A DNA stretch of 60,582 nt, filler included, from Squatina squatina (Eukaryota), in the NCBI GenBank assembly GCA_031763465.1. It is 4 parts of 4 records of this genome, joined end to end, with 100 filler letters (N's around TTAATTAATTAA, not from the genome) between each part and the next. Parts side by side here need not be neighbours in the genome. Positions count along the whole stretch, not along the records: positions 1 to 14,204 come from JARFOE010000120.1; 3 more parts are not named here. One strand, 5' to 3'. Position 1 is the first letter of the stretch. Every line of letters begins with the position of its first letter. The notes beneath the pieces were generated by a model. It was given only the letters and a program-made list of their open reading frames with translations. It ran no database searches and was not told the DNA's origin. The position numbers and the translations under genes are program-made. Below, in pieces: positions 1-11,689 of this stretch.

Positions 1-39
1 TCAATATGTCTGAGCAATTGTCTTGTTTATTAACTAATG

Positions 40-470
40 CCAGCCTTTGTTCAGTCGGTAGGACTTTTGCCTCTGTTTCAAAAGGTTGTGGATTCAAGCT
101 TCACTCCAGGACTTGAGTACATAATCTAAAGTGACACTTGACTGCAGTACTGATGGAGTGCTGCGGTGTCAGAGGCGCCACCCTTCAGCTGGGACATTGA
201 ACAAAGCAGCCGTCTACCTGCTTCCGATGAACAATAAAGAATCTACGGTGCCGTTTGGAGAGGAGCATGGAGTTCCTTCCAGTGTTCTGGCCAACATTCA
301 TTGCCTCAAACACTACCAAAAGCAGAGTAACCGGACTCCCCTCTCATTGCTGTTTGTGGGATCTTGCTGTGAATTAAATGGCTGCTACATTTCCCTGAAT
401 AACAGTCAATGCCTACAGAAGTCATTTGTTGTATGTGCAACACTATTAAACATTTCAAAAAGATATATTC
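40..470 (+). mobile_element. tRNA-derived DeuSINE (SacSINE1-like), diverged
   Basis: Head aaggttgtggattcaagcttcactccaggacttgagtac and Deu-like core ttgctgtttgtgggatcttgctgtg...tggctgctacatttcc; homologous to the copies at 9840 and 52885. Confidence 0.8.
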
Positions 471-790
471 AGTTGCAATATATAAATACAAGTGTTCATT
501 TTAATACGGAAACATGCACTGAAGGCCTTATGAGTAACCTTTGCTTCCTTACCCGTATCTTATTGATGCAGTCCTTTGTATTGTGTGCTTTAATGCAAGA
601 CAACTTGGTGAATGAATTCCTTGTTGTGGGAGGTAATATTGCTTGTAGTGCCTTGGAGAGTTCAGCACATTTTCTTTGCTCTGTGTCAGATAAGTTGCAC
701 CATCTGAATTTCTTTGCTGCAAGTTCAAAACAAGTATTTATATTAGGAAAAGCTTAGGATCCAATTCTATTCAAAGTAGTGCAATGGATC

Positions 791-1043
791 TAGGGTGACC
801 ACATTGGGAGAGTCCCAAACCGGGAAAATCGGGCTGTGCATGTGCAGTCCAGTCACCACCGGGGCTGTGCATGCGCAGTGCGTTTGTTGCCTGGACTGCA
901 CATGCACAGTGCGTTCTTCCCGGCAGTTGAGTGGGCACAAAAAACCGGGCCATTTGAGCACTTTTGAGGTAAGTGTCGGGACACCAGGACACTTCCTCAA
1001 AAACCGGGACTGTCTCGGCAAAACTGGGACATCTGGTCACCCT
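791..1043. mobile_element. hAT-Blackjack (MER94-like) non-autonomous DNA transposon
   Basis: Terminal inverted repeats tagggtgacc...ggtcaccct with subterminal cgggac/gggaca motifs. No intact 8-bp target-site duplication seen. Confidence 0.7.
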
Positions 1044-1379
1044 CTGCCTGGTTTCAGCCACCTTTAGCACACAGGCCACCTTGTTTAGCTTGCAGCACTG
1101 CCCCTGGGGGCAGTAGCACAGTATAAGTGGGGCAGAATAATGAGTTTTGATCCAATCTCAGGATTGAGAAGAACAAAGATCTTGCTGTCTGACTTCAGCA
1201 AGAAGAGTGTAAGCAAATTATACAGTGGCTGATATTCCGCTCTGGAAAGGGGTCAGTTTAGTCAATAGAAGTTAGACCANNNNNNNNNNNNNNNNNNNNN
1301 NNNNNNNNNNNNNNNNNNNNNNNNNNNNNNNNNNNNNNNNNNNNNNNNNNNNNNNNNNNNNNNNNNNNNNNNNNNNNNN

Positions 1380-2418
1380 GAGGTGCTAATGGGGCGTTGC
1401 AGGAGTTCAGTTTCGGCCCCAATGCACTTAGAAATGATAGGGAATGGAAGGAAAGGGTGGGGTAGTTGTACTAAGTAGAGACAACATAATGGTAATAGGA
1501 AAAGGGACATAACTGACATTAAGATAGAAATAGAATCCAGATGGATTGAGACAAAGGATAAGAAGGGATCAAGCACATTAATAATAATAAAGGGATACAA
1601 TGAAGGGAAGTGGTGGAAGAAATATGTAGGTGAATCTATGAAATTAGTAAAAAAGAGAATAAATAATAATCATGAGAATTTTTAACCACCCTCAAATAAA
1701 CTGGCAAGCAGAGGTCGGGAATGGAATTTTTAACAGTCTGTTCAGGACTCCTTTCTTACTTAACATAAGAGGAATCACTGCTGGATCTACTAATCAGAAA
1801 TTAACCAGAGCAGACAATAGAAGTAAGTGTCAGGGAACATCTAAACAATAGCAATCATAAAATATAAAGGTTTAAAATAATGATTTGAGAAAGTCATAAG
1901 TGAGACAAAGACCAAAGTAATAGATTGGAAAAAATTTTTGAGGGTATGAGAGTTGAACTCGGGAAGATAAACTGGAACAAAATGTTGACAAAGATAGAAC
2001 AGCAGTGGGAAATATTAAAAACAGTGATCAATTGAGTTCTGGAGAAATATATTCCTCTTTGGAAAAAAAAGGAAATTGGCCAATAATGAAATACTATGGA
2101 TGATTAAAGAGATAAGGGTAAAATTGAAACTAAACAAAAAGGCAGACAATAAAGGAGAGAATGACAAAATGGAACATGAACAGGCTGGGAAAGATGTCAA
2201 AAAACAATTAGGAAAGCAAAGAGGAACTACAAAATTGAATTTTAAAGGCATATAAATATTCTATAGACACATTAATAACAAAAGAATGCAGAAGCTAAGC
2301 TCACAGCTAAATGACAACGAAATGGCAGAAATGTTGAATAGTTACTTTGCCCCAGCACTTACCAGCGAAACTAAACAAGTCAGGCATGACATTAGAACAG
2401 ATCAAAAAAAGACACAAA
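1380..2418 (+). mobile_element. CR1 LINE ORF2 fragment (endonuclease to linker), degenerate
   Basis: A-rich, with remnants such as IESRWIETKDKKGSSTL and EMAEMLNSYF; many stops and frameshifts. Confidence 0.75.
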
Positions 2419-3286
2419 GGCCTAGAAATTGGAGCAGTGAGTGCAGGCAGTTAAGGCCAGTTTTTGAAAAGAAGTGGTGCCGCCTCACTTCCACCCGCTG
2501 TTGGTCCGGCGGCCGCCGCCATTTTCGGCTGGGAGGTAGCGCTGCTGATTTCTGTGCTTGCTCGGGATATGTAGGTTATGCAGATCATGACATCAGTGAA
2601 TGTGTAATGTTCACCTGATGCCCTATCTGTCCTTTTCAAGTTCGTTCCTCCATTACTGACCGGCTGACCAAGTATTCACAAGCAGGAAGGAGCCTCCAGC
2701 AACGTTATTTAAAGGGATCATCAGCAACAATCTACAGCTGCCATGCTTTTTATTTTGACTGGCTCTGTGTAACTTTCTGCAACTCCTGAAATTTTAGAAA
2801 CTTGTTTAAAGTTCCTACGGTGACAGGGAGTGTTGATGCAAGCGGAGAATGCCTTAATTCTTATTTAACGGCTTCTGCTTACAACACTTGCTCACAGTCA
2901 TGGGGCTCTACTTGCAGTCCCCCTTGTGCTCGAGTGTCTTTGGGAACAGGAGCGAAGGCAGAGGAGAAGATGCGTGCAGGGGGAGGAGGAGAAGGGCTAG
3001 GGGGGCTCTCAACAGTCTATTAGGAGGCTCTGCTTCACTAAGGAAGTGATCATAGAACTCTGCCATATCCTGCAACCAGACCTGCAGCCTCAGAGAAGGG
3101 TGGCCACGGCTACCAGTGGCCCTTGATTTCTTCACCAGCTGATCCTCCAATCTGCAGCAAGAGACAATTGGCCAAAAATTCTGGTGTCTCCGGGAGCGTA
3201 ATAAGTGCGCACATGCCCGGAGAGGCCCCGCAAGTTGCGGGTTTAGGCGTGCACTGCGCATACCCCTAAATCCAGAACTACCGATC
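2419..3286. mobile_element. PIF/Harbinger-like GC-rich element, internally deleted
   Basis: Begins ggcctagaaattgg, a terminus type recurring across the window; CpG-rich subtermini; interrupts the CR1 fragment. Confidence 0.5.
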
Positions 3287-3811
3287 NNNNNNNNNNNNNN
3301 NNNNNNNNNNNNNNNNNNNNNNNNNNNNNNNNNNNNNNNNNNNNNNNNNNNNNNNNNNNNNNNNNNNNNNNNNNNNNNNNNNNNNNNNNNNNNNNNNNNN
3401 NNNNNNNNNNNNNNNNNNNNNNNNNNNNNNNNNNNNNNNNNNNNNNNNNNNNNNNNNNNNNNNNNNNNNNNNNNNNNNNNNNNNNNNNNNNNNNNNNNNN
3501 NNNNNNNNNNNNNNNNNNNNNNNNNNNNNNNNNNNNNNNNNNNNNNNNNNNNNNNNNNNNNNNNNNNNNNNNNNNNNNNNNNNNNNNNNNNNNNNNNNNN
3601 NNNNNNNNNNNNNNNNNNNNNNNNNNNNNNNNNNNNNNNNNNNNNNNNNNNNNNNNNNNNNNNNNNNNNNNNNNNNNNNNNNNNNNNNNNNNNNNNNNNN
3701 NNNNNNNNNNNNNNNNNNNNNNNNNNNNNNNNNNNNNNNNNNNNNNNNNNNNNNNNNNNNNNNNNNNNNNNNNNNNNNNNNNNNNNNNNNNNNNNNNNNN
3801 NNNNNNNNNNN

Positions 3812-4270
3812 ATAGACAACAGAGGGGATGACAAAACAGAATACGAAAAGGTTAGGAAATAAGTCAAAAAAATAATTAGGAAGGCAAAGAGGAACTATGA
3901 AATTAAATTATCAGTGAATATAAAAATAATTAGTAAAGTATTCTACATACATACAAATAACACAAGATAAATCAGGATAGGAATAGGACCACTAAGGGAT
4001 CCACAAGCTAATCTCATGGATAATGACGGGGAAATGGCAGAAATATTGTATTTTTACTTTGCCACAGTACTTACCTGGGAGACTAACCAGGTGGGCATGG
4101 TATTAGAAGAGATCAAAGAGATATAAAGGACATTTAAGATAGAAGAGGGTGGGGGGTGATAATTGATAAACTAATCAAACTTTAAGGATAAAATCCATGG
4201 TTTGCTGGGATTGCAAGTGCAGATGTTAAAAGAAGTTGGGGAAGAGATTGCGGAGGCATTATTGCGCATA
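3812..4270 (+). mobile_element. CR1 LINE fragment, second copy of the family at 1380
   Basis: Aligns by eye to about 2140-2410 (ggaaggcaaagaggaactatgaaattaaatt...gaaatggcagaaat). Confidence 0.7.
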
Positions 4271-4927
4271 ATTTATATACAAGTGCAGGCCGTGTCCTCT
4301 GGTTCTACTATTCTGGACAGGGTGAAACACCTTGTTCTGGTCTGCATTATCCAGTGCCCTTTAGAATCCTAAAATCAGCCATAAGATCACCTCTTAACCT
4401 ACTCTTTTCCAGTGAGAACGTGGCCAATTTACATAGTCACTCTTCATAATCCATTTTGTTCTGCGGTGCCCACAACTGTGCACGGTATTCTACGTTTGGC
4501 CACCCCAATAATATATAAAGTGGCAGGCTTACCGCACTATTTTCGCTCCATGTTGATTTTTTGTTACATCCCAATCTCTGATTTACTTTACTTACTGTGT
4601 TGTCGGAAAAATCAGGCTGCAGTCAATAGGATTTAATGAGTGATACTTTTCTCGTGTAATTCTTAGTTCATCACCTCAAATTGCTCTTATTACCACTTCA
4701 AACCTGTAACCACCAGTCCCTTCACTCTTGTGTTATGCAGTTCAAATTGCTCTCTCCACGTACAACCCAAGTTTGGAAGGACAAAAACTATAATTATACC
4801 GCTGGTAGAGTTTGTGAAGATAGTATAAATATTTCACAGCCTCCAGCATTACACTAGTGATAAAACTGGCTGTCGGTAGGTTAGTCTAACCTACATTCTG
4901 ATTTCCTCTTGTTTTTGGTCTAAGCAG

Positions 4928-5109
4928 ATCACCGGATTCTGCAGAGGATCTCTTTTGGAGTTGTGACTCGTGTTCGTCCTCTGCATGTGTTAGTGGCCAC
5001 GGGCAGTGCGTATGTGGGATACTGGCAGTACGAAAAGTACAAGCAGCGAGAACTCGAGCGTGGTGGATTAGCAGGGCAGAAGCAACAGAGCATAGCTGCT
5101 GCGTGGCAG
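4928..5109 (+). CDS. PISD: Phosphatidylserine decarboxylase, exon of the mitochondrial-targeted isoform (membrane-anchor region)
   Basis: Translates HRILQRISFGVVTRVRPLHVLVATGSAYVGYWQYEKYKQRELERGGLAGQKQQSIAAAWQ, resembling human [29 protein letters not shown]...GHWE. Pyrimidine tract plus taagcag acceptor; CAG|GTAGGT phase-0 donor matches the phase-0 exon at 11882. Confidence 0.9.
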
Positions 5110-6839
5110 GTAGGTCAATGGGCACAATGACTGGGCCACGTCAATGGTGCTTGTTTTACTGCATTAGGGCAAAGTCCCATCCCTCAAAGTAATAATCAGA
5201 TGGAAATGAGTGCAGCATGCCATCCTTCAATGCACATAACTTGAGATAACTTTGATGTAATCCCATTGTGAAACCACTTGTCTCAGTCAGGGCACTGCAC
5301 AGATTTTATGATTACATAGTCGTGTTTTTTTTAAAAAGAGAATTCTTCCAAAACTATTACTGTTCTTTCCCCATCCTCCTGTTGTGTTTGTGCTTCCTAG
5401 AAAGTTTATATAACCTGGGAAGAGTGAATTAATTTTCAAACATGATTTTATATTATACCCTATGACTGTTTGGAAAATAGACTAATATGGAATACAAAAG
5501 ACAGTGGTTGGAATGGGGGTGGGGGTAGGGCTTTAGTTTGCAGATACTGAGGAGAGCGTGATTGAGCTAGGGCAGAGACAGAGGTGATAGGCCATGTGGG
5601 AGAAAATCAAGCAGGAAAGAAACTGAGCTGGTCANNNNNNNNNNNNNNNNNNNNNNNNNNNNNNNNNNNNNNNNNNNNNNNNNNNNNNNNNNNNNNNNNN
5701 NNNNNNNNNNNNNNNNNNNNNNNNNNNNNNNNNNCCTTTAAGGCCATTCCCTTCTCTTGTGGCGCTGCACAGTGTTCCCTCTATAGCACCGCCAGCATTG
5801 AGGACCTCAGGACTGTTGGCAGGCCTCCGCTTGGTGGTGGGAATCACACCGGGAACCCATTACATGTGGGAAATTACACCTAACCCAGGGAGTCAGGGGG
5901 TGCTGATGCACCAATACATGGCCCCTTACAGGAAAATACAGCCTTATATCATAGAATCGTAGAATAGAACAGCACAGGAGGAGGTCATTCGGGACATCGA
6001 ATCTGCACTGGTGCTTTCAAAGAGCAATCCAGTTAGTCCCACTCCCCAGCTCTTTCCTCATATCCCTGCAATTTATTTTCCCTTCAATATTTATCCAATT
6101 CCCAATATCTAGGAACTATGATAATCATCCATATGCCAACCAGGATCCTGAGTGAGAAGCAAACTTTTCTAAAACCTACCCGATAATCCTCACCCTCATC
6201 TATTTAGGAGTTATGAGATTAATGAATTATAGAGTATCTGCAAAACATTTTTGAAACATTGTTGTGGATGATGAGCTAATTAAATATTACTCTACATGAT
6301 CAGAATAGAGGCATGTCATTGTGTTTCACGAAGTGGATGGAGCTCTGACCCAGTCTTGGCTCTTATCATGTGAACATTCACCAACTTCAGTGTCTGGTCG
6401 ATGGTGCTTTTCCAATCATTCTTCCAAGATGAGATTCAGAATGAAGGCTTCAACTTCTGTCCTCCTCCAACAGATGTCTTCAGGACCTAGGGATTGGTGA
6501 GCCACTGCACCCATCGTAACAGGCTGCTATCTAATAAGGTAGATCAGGGACATGCCATGGAAGGTATCTCTCTGGGTTTCATAGCTTCTATTCTTGATAT
6601 TTGGATACGATCATTGCCGAGCCACATTGAACCAGATGTTACAGGATCAGACACCTTGAATTGCTGAGCCGTGTGAAAACACGTAACCAGAATAGTTTTC
6701 CCTTTGTTAAAGCACACACAGCTAAAGCTGATGACAGATGTCTGATACTTAGGATTTATCGCTTAACAATATCCCCAAGTGAATTCATGTTGATGATGGC
6801 TGAGCTTTCAATGAATCATTTGGTAATGTAATATATTGC

Positions 6840-7430
6840 CTCAGAGGCTAGAATATGAAAGGGAGAAAGTTATGCTTCAGTTGTACAGAGCCTTGGTCAG
6901 ATCCCATCTGTAAACTGCATTCAGTTTTGGGCACTGCACCTCAGGAAGGATATATTGGCCTTAGAGGGGGTGCAGTGCAGATTCACTAGAATGATACCAG
7001 GGCAAAGAGGGTTAAATTATGAGGACATGTTGCATAAACTTGACATGAATTCCCCTGAGTATAGAAGATCGAGGGGTGATCTGATCGAGGTGTTTAAATT
7101 GTTAAAAGGATTCAATTGGATAGATGCAGAGAAATTATTTCCTCTGATGGGGGATTCAAGAACAAGGGAACATAATTTAAAAATTCGAGCTAGGCCATTT
7201 AGGAGGGAAATCAGGAAGCATTTTTTCGTGCAGAGGGTATTAGAAGCCTGGAATTCGCACCCCCAAAAGGCTGTGGATGCTGGAACAATTGGAGCTTTCA
7301 AGACTGAGAGTGATAGATTTTTGATGTAAGAGTATGAAGGGATAAGAAGCTAAGGTTGGTGAATGGAGTTGAGCTGCAGATCAGCCATGATCTAATTGAT
7401 GGTCTGAATGGCCTACTCCTGTTCCTATGT
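6840..7430 (+). mobile_element. CR1 LINE 3' end
   Basis: ALEGVQCRFTRMIPG...RGDLIEVFKLLKG...FFVQRVLEAWNSHP, followed by the 3' UTR gaatggcctactcctgttcctatgt. Confidence 0.9.
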
Positions 7431-9039
7431 CATACGGACAATTATCACTTGATCTGCTCCTGACCAATTTACTAAAATCTTGGCTGCATGTATACGTCGT
7501 GAATGTTACTTTATTCTTGAATTAGGCAGCAATCCAAGCTCAATCAACATTTTGTGATTTGAAGATTAGTTGACAGCAGTTTAGATGATAAAGTAGTAGA
7601 GTAGGGTTTTGTAAAAAAAACTGACAAATAGAAACAATATTATGAAGCTTAAACTTCCTTGTGATTAAAAACTGCTGTGGAAATAATTAGAGGCACTCGA
7701 AACCTTTTAAACAAAATCTTTTATGAGAAAATATTCAATGGCATAAAAGCAACCTGGATGTGTTGAATTGTTAGATAATATTATTGGCCTTTTCTTGCTC
7801 CTATCTTCATGTGTTTGAAGACCTTGTAGGCTGTATCTTAAGATGACTGGATAGCTTTAGGGATATGATAAACCCACGCAAGAAGAAAGGAGCCAGGATC
7901 ACGTGGCTTACCACACATTCAGACTGAAACATTCTGCGCATCTTGGCATCCTGTTCGATCCTGAACTGGACTTCAAACCAACTGAACTTGTACAAATAAA
8001 AGAAGGCATGTTTTCTGCAGCAATAGGAATGAAAGATGTTATTGGAAAATTGCTATGAAGTGGTTCTGCAATACAAATATAGGATTAATACATGCTGTGT
8101 GACCAATGTCCCCTTTAGTTCACCTCTGACAGCAAGAATGCATTCCCACTCTTAACATAGCACTATTGCTATTGGATGCAGCAGACCTTACTGAAGGAAG
8201 TTTTTTTTGTTCCCCACTTTGCCCTACCCAGTGCAACCAACAATAAAAATAAACTGGGTGCCCACTGAAGCATTTGCATTGGGAGGGCTGTAGACCAACA
8301 AAACACTTAGTATTCCAATCCTGCATAAACATTACCCCAACTTTGAGAAAGACACACGACCAGAATTTTTTTTTAAAGTCGTAAATGTGACTTGTACATA
8401 CAAATGTTGCCTCTTCCAGCAGTTCTTTTGTTGCCAAATTCACCTCAGAAGATAAATGGGGCAATTTGGTACCAATGGAGCCAGCATATAGGATAGGAAA
8501 TGGACTTTAAAGATGCTTATGGCTGGATATTTATCACCTTCACCTTCACTAACCTAGGCATTACCAAAACAGTCAGTATTTTGTTCCCTAAAGTTAATCA
8601 ATTAGAAGTGTTCAAGGTTGAATTTTCAGCAATGAAGCCGCTATTCATTCACAAGGTATGGCGGCATGAGAAGGAGAAAGAATTTGATTTCAAGAATTTT
8701 GGATTTAATGAAAATAGTTTACTTTGAAAACAGAAGTTTGAGTATGCTTCAATGAATATAATTTATCGAATTATGTGATGGATTATGTTTCTCAACTTAA
8801 ATGATTCACTTTGTATTTAATAGAAAATCTCATTACAACTCACCCCACATCCCTTCCCAATTAGGGTGATTTGCCTCAGTGCATTTTTTTTTAAAAAGGG
8901 GACTAGAAAAGACCTTCTATTGCCAACAGCCCATTAAAAGTTTTATTTTTACTGGTACATGTTGATTTAGTGATTGGGAGTGTGGGGAGGGGCGGGGTTA
9001 AATTCTGAAATGGAGGTGGCAAAAGAATGACATTCGAAA

Positions 9040-9739
9040 GAAAATTAGATTAAAATGGCAAGGAAGAAAGGAGGAGAGGCAATATAATTTAAATGGTACA
9101 ATTTTAAAGTGGGTGCAGGAACAGAAAAACTTGGGGCATATGTACACAAATCTTTGAAAGTGGCAAGAGAAATTGAGACGGTTATTAAAAACGCAAATGG
9201 GATCCTTGGCTTTATTAATAGAGGCAAGGGAAGTTACACTAAGCCTTTATTAGAGACTAGTTAGGCCCTAGGTGGAGTACTGTGTTCAATTCTGGGCACC
9301 ACACTTTAGGAAGGATGTCAAGGCCTTGGAAAGGGTGCAAAAGAGATTTACTAGTATGGTATCTGGGATGAGAGACTTCAGTTAAGCGGAGACTGGAGAA
9401 GCTGGGGTTGTTCCCCTTACAGCATTGAAGATTAAGAGGAGAATTGATAGAGGTTAAGAGGAGATTTGATAGGTGCTCAAAATCATGAACAGCTTTGATG
9501 GAGTAAATAAGGAGAAACTGTTTTCAGTGGCAGAAGGGTCGATAACCAAAAGACAGAGTTAAAGGTGGTTGACAAAAGAACCAGTGGCAACGCAAGGGGG
9601 AAAAAAAACTATGCAACATGTTGCTGTGATCTGGAGTGCACTGCCTGAATGGGTGGTGGAAGCAGATTCAATGGAGCTTTCAAAAGGGAACTGGATAAAT
9701 ACTTGATGGGAAAGAAATTACTTGGCGATGGGAAAAGCG
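9040..9739 (+). mobile_element. CR1 LINE 3' ORF2 fragment
   Basis: [26 protein letters not shown]...AFKRELDKYL remnants. Confidence 0.85.
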
Positions 9740-9839
9740 NNNNNNNNNNNNNNNNNNNNNNNNNNNNNNNNNNNNNNNNNNNNNNNNNNNNNNNNNNNNN
9801 NNNNNNNNNNNNNNNNNNNNNNNNNNNNNNNNNNNNNNN

Positions 9840-10050
9840 ATTGAGGGCTAAATATTGGCCAGAACTCCACTGTTCTTCAAAATAGTGCCACGGGACCTTT
9901 AATGTTCACCTGAGAGGGCAGGTGGGTTTAACGTCTCATCCGAAATACAGCACCTCCGACCGTGCAGCACTGCCTCAGCACTGCCTGGATTCAGTGCTCA
10001 AGTCTCTGGAGTGGGACTTGAGCCCACAACCTCTCTGACTCAGAGGGGAG
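9840..10050 (-). mobile_element. DeuSINE (SacSINE1-like), 5' half
   Basis: Reverse complement of the SINE head and core (ctctgagtcagagaggttgtgggctcaagtcccactccagagacttgagcac). Confidence 0.85.
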
Positions 10051-10189
10051 TGCGCCAGCGGCCGCGCCGAATGCCGCGATCTTCTGTGTTTGTCAAATTC
10101 TCTGTAAGCATCGCTCCCAGAAGCATTGGTTGACCGGGCACTTTGTGTGTTTCCCCCTCCCTACCCCACTCCGAAGCCTCCTCCTGTGT

Positions 10190-10328
10190 ATCTAGGTGCC
10201 GGGCCTGAGCCGCAGGCCCCCTCACATCCGGGCCGTGCGCTGGGCGCAGGCGCAGGCGGGTGCCGGGCGGGGGTGACGTCAGCGGCGGCTGCTCGGAGCC
10301 GGGGAATCCGGGATCGCGAGCCTCGGTC
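10190..10328 (+). promoter_or_regulatory. PISD: CpG-island internal promoter of PISD alternative isoforms
   Basis: GC/CpG-rich patch in an AT-rich background. NRF1-like GCGCAGGCGCA at 10244-10254, GC box GGGCGGGG at 10265-10272, palindromic CRE TGACGTCA at 10274-10281, directly upstream of ATG 10329. Confidence 0.7.
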
Positions 10329-10390
10329 ATGTGTCAATCCAGCCAGCAGCAGCAGCAGCAGCAGCCGGCGGCGCTGAAGGGAGGGAAATG
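10329..10390 (+). CDS. PISD: PISD alternative first coding exon, short form MCQSSQQQQQQQPAALKGGK(W)
   Basis: Resembles the human alternative PISD N-terminus MMCQSEARQGPELRAAKW. Ends AAA TG|GTGAGA (phase-2 donor at 10391). Confidence 0.8.
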
Positions 10391-10566
10391 GTGAGATGTC
10401 GTAAATCTTTGCATAATACTACTGCCGCTACATGTTACAACCTGCACAGAGTTAAAATTCATGTCCGGAGACCCCGCTGCACCGATGCAAGCCAGGCGGA
10501 GCAGCAAGAAGCCGACGGCTCGGTGGTGTCTAGCGGTGTTGGCTCTAGCAGGCGAGCACGCTTCAG
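10388..10566 (+). CDS. PISD: PISD alternative first coding exon, long form MVRCRKSLHNTT...CYNLHRVKIHVRR...SSRRARF(R)
   Basis: Open 59-codon frame from ATG 10388 to TTC AG|GT (phase 2, at a gap edge). Resembles the MVRC...CYNLHKVKIHVRR...RRARFR N-terminus I recall from non-mammalian PISD isoform models. Confidence 0.7.
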
Positions 10567-11464
10567 GTNNNNNNNNNNNNNNNNNNNNNNNNNNNNNNNN
10601 NNNNNNNNNNNNNNNNNNNNNNNNNNNNNNNNNNNNNNNNNNNNNNNNNNNNNNNNNNNNNNNNNNNNTGTGACTATCAGATATGATAGAAGGGCAATGC
10701 TCACAGGCTTTATTCAAGATTTCTGGATGGCAATAAGAATGGTGCAAGCTTGTACACATTTCTAAAGTCCCCTTTTTCTGATACAAATATAAAGCTAAAG
10801 ACAATCTCCCATCACTTTTACTTGCCTTATTGTGTGGTTCTTAAAGGTGACTATGAGGGGTAATTCCCCAATCCCACACTTTGAATAGGGAAGTATACTC
10901 ACAGGGAGTCAGAGTCGGGGCTATAACATTACGGCTTCAGCCTTCAGATCCGCACTCCTTGCGAGCACAGCTCCTCACTAGAAGTCTAGAGTCAAGCCAT
11001 TCATTCTAAGCACTATAGAAAAATGTACAAATAAAATACTGTGGATATAGTTTCACCTACAATACCCTAATTCTGTATCTGACAGGCTGCACTTTCAAGG
11101 TTCACTGAATATAGATAGATTGGCACAAGTGCAAAAACCCTTGGCAGGCACTCGATTACGTAAAATAGGAAAGTGATTATTTTTTCTTTTCTTTTTCCCT
11201 AGGTTGAGAGCTCCTGTAGACAGACTTTGTCACCTCTTTGTTGGAATCGAGCAAACATGCTGAGCATCTGCGACTGACAGTGAAGATTATGCTAAGCTTC
11301 CTAGTACAAGGCTTTTTCTAATCATTTACCTGCCAGTTAGACTACAAGCTTATTCTTCTGAATAAAATCCAGTATTTGTTACTGAAATGTGGCTGTGTGT
11401 GATTTTGTTCCGATTACATACTGCTTTATTGGCCTCATTTACATTAAATATACCAAATCGCATC

Positions 11465-11665
11465 CAGCAAACAGTAGGCCCATCATCGTCGCTGGGTCAG
11501 AATCCTGGAACTCCCTCCCTAACAGCACTGTGGGAGTACCTTCACCACATGGACTGCAGCGGTTCAAGAAGGAGGCTCACCACCACCTTCTCAAGGGCAA
11601 CTAGGGATGGGCAATAATTGCTGGCCTCGCCAGCGACGCCCACACCCCAGGAACGAATTTTTAAA
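11465..11665 (+). mobile_element. Short 3' end of a CR1-group LINE
   Basis: SWNSLPNSTVGVPSPHGLQRFKKEAHHHLLKGN* plus 3' UTR gggatgggcaataattgctggcctcgccagcgacgccc. Confidence 0.75.
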
Positions 11666-11689
11666 AAACCCTGCCCATATCTCCCTAAC

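Noticed and set aside
131-757. 208-aa ORF, among the longest gap-free ORFs in the track
   Set aside because: Its first half is a DeuSINE, it starts at GTG, and it shows no recognisable domain; a chance open frame.
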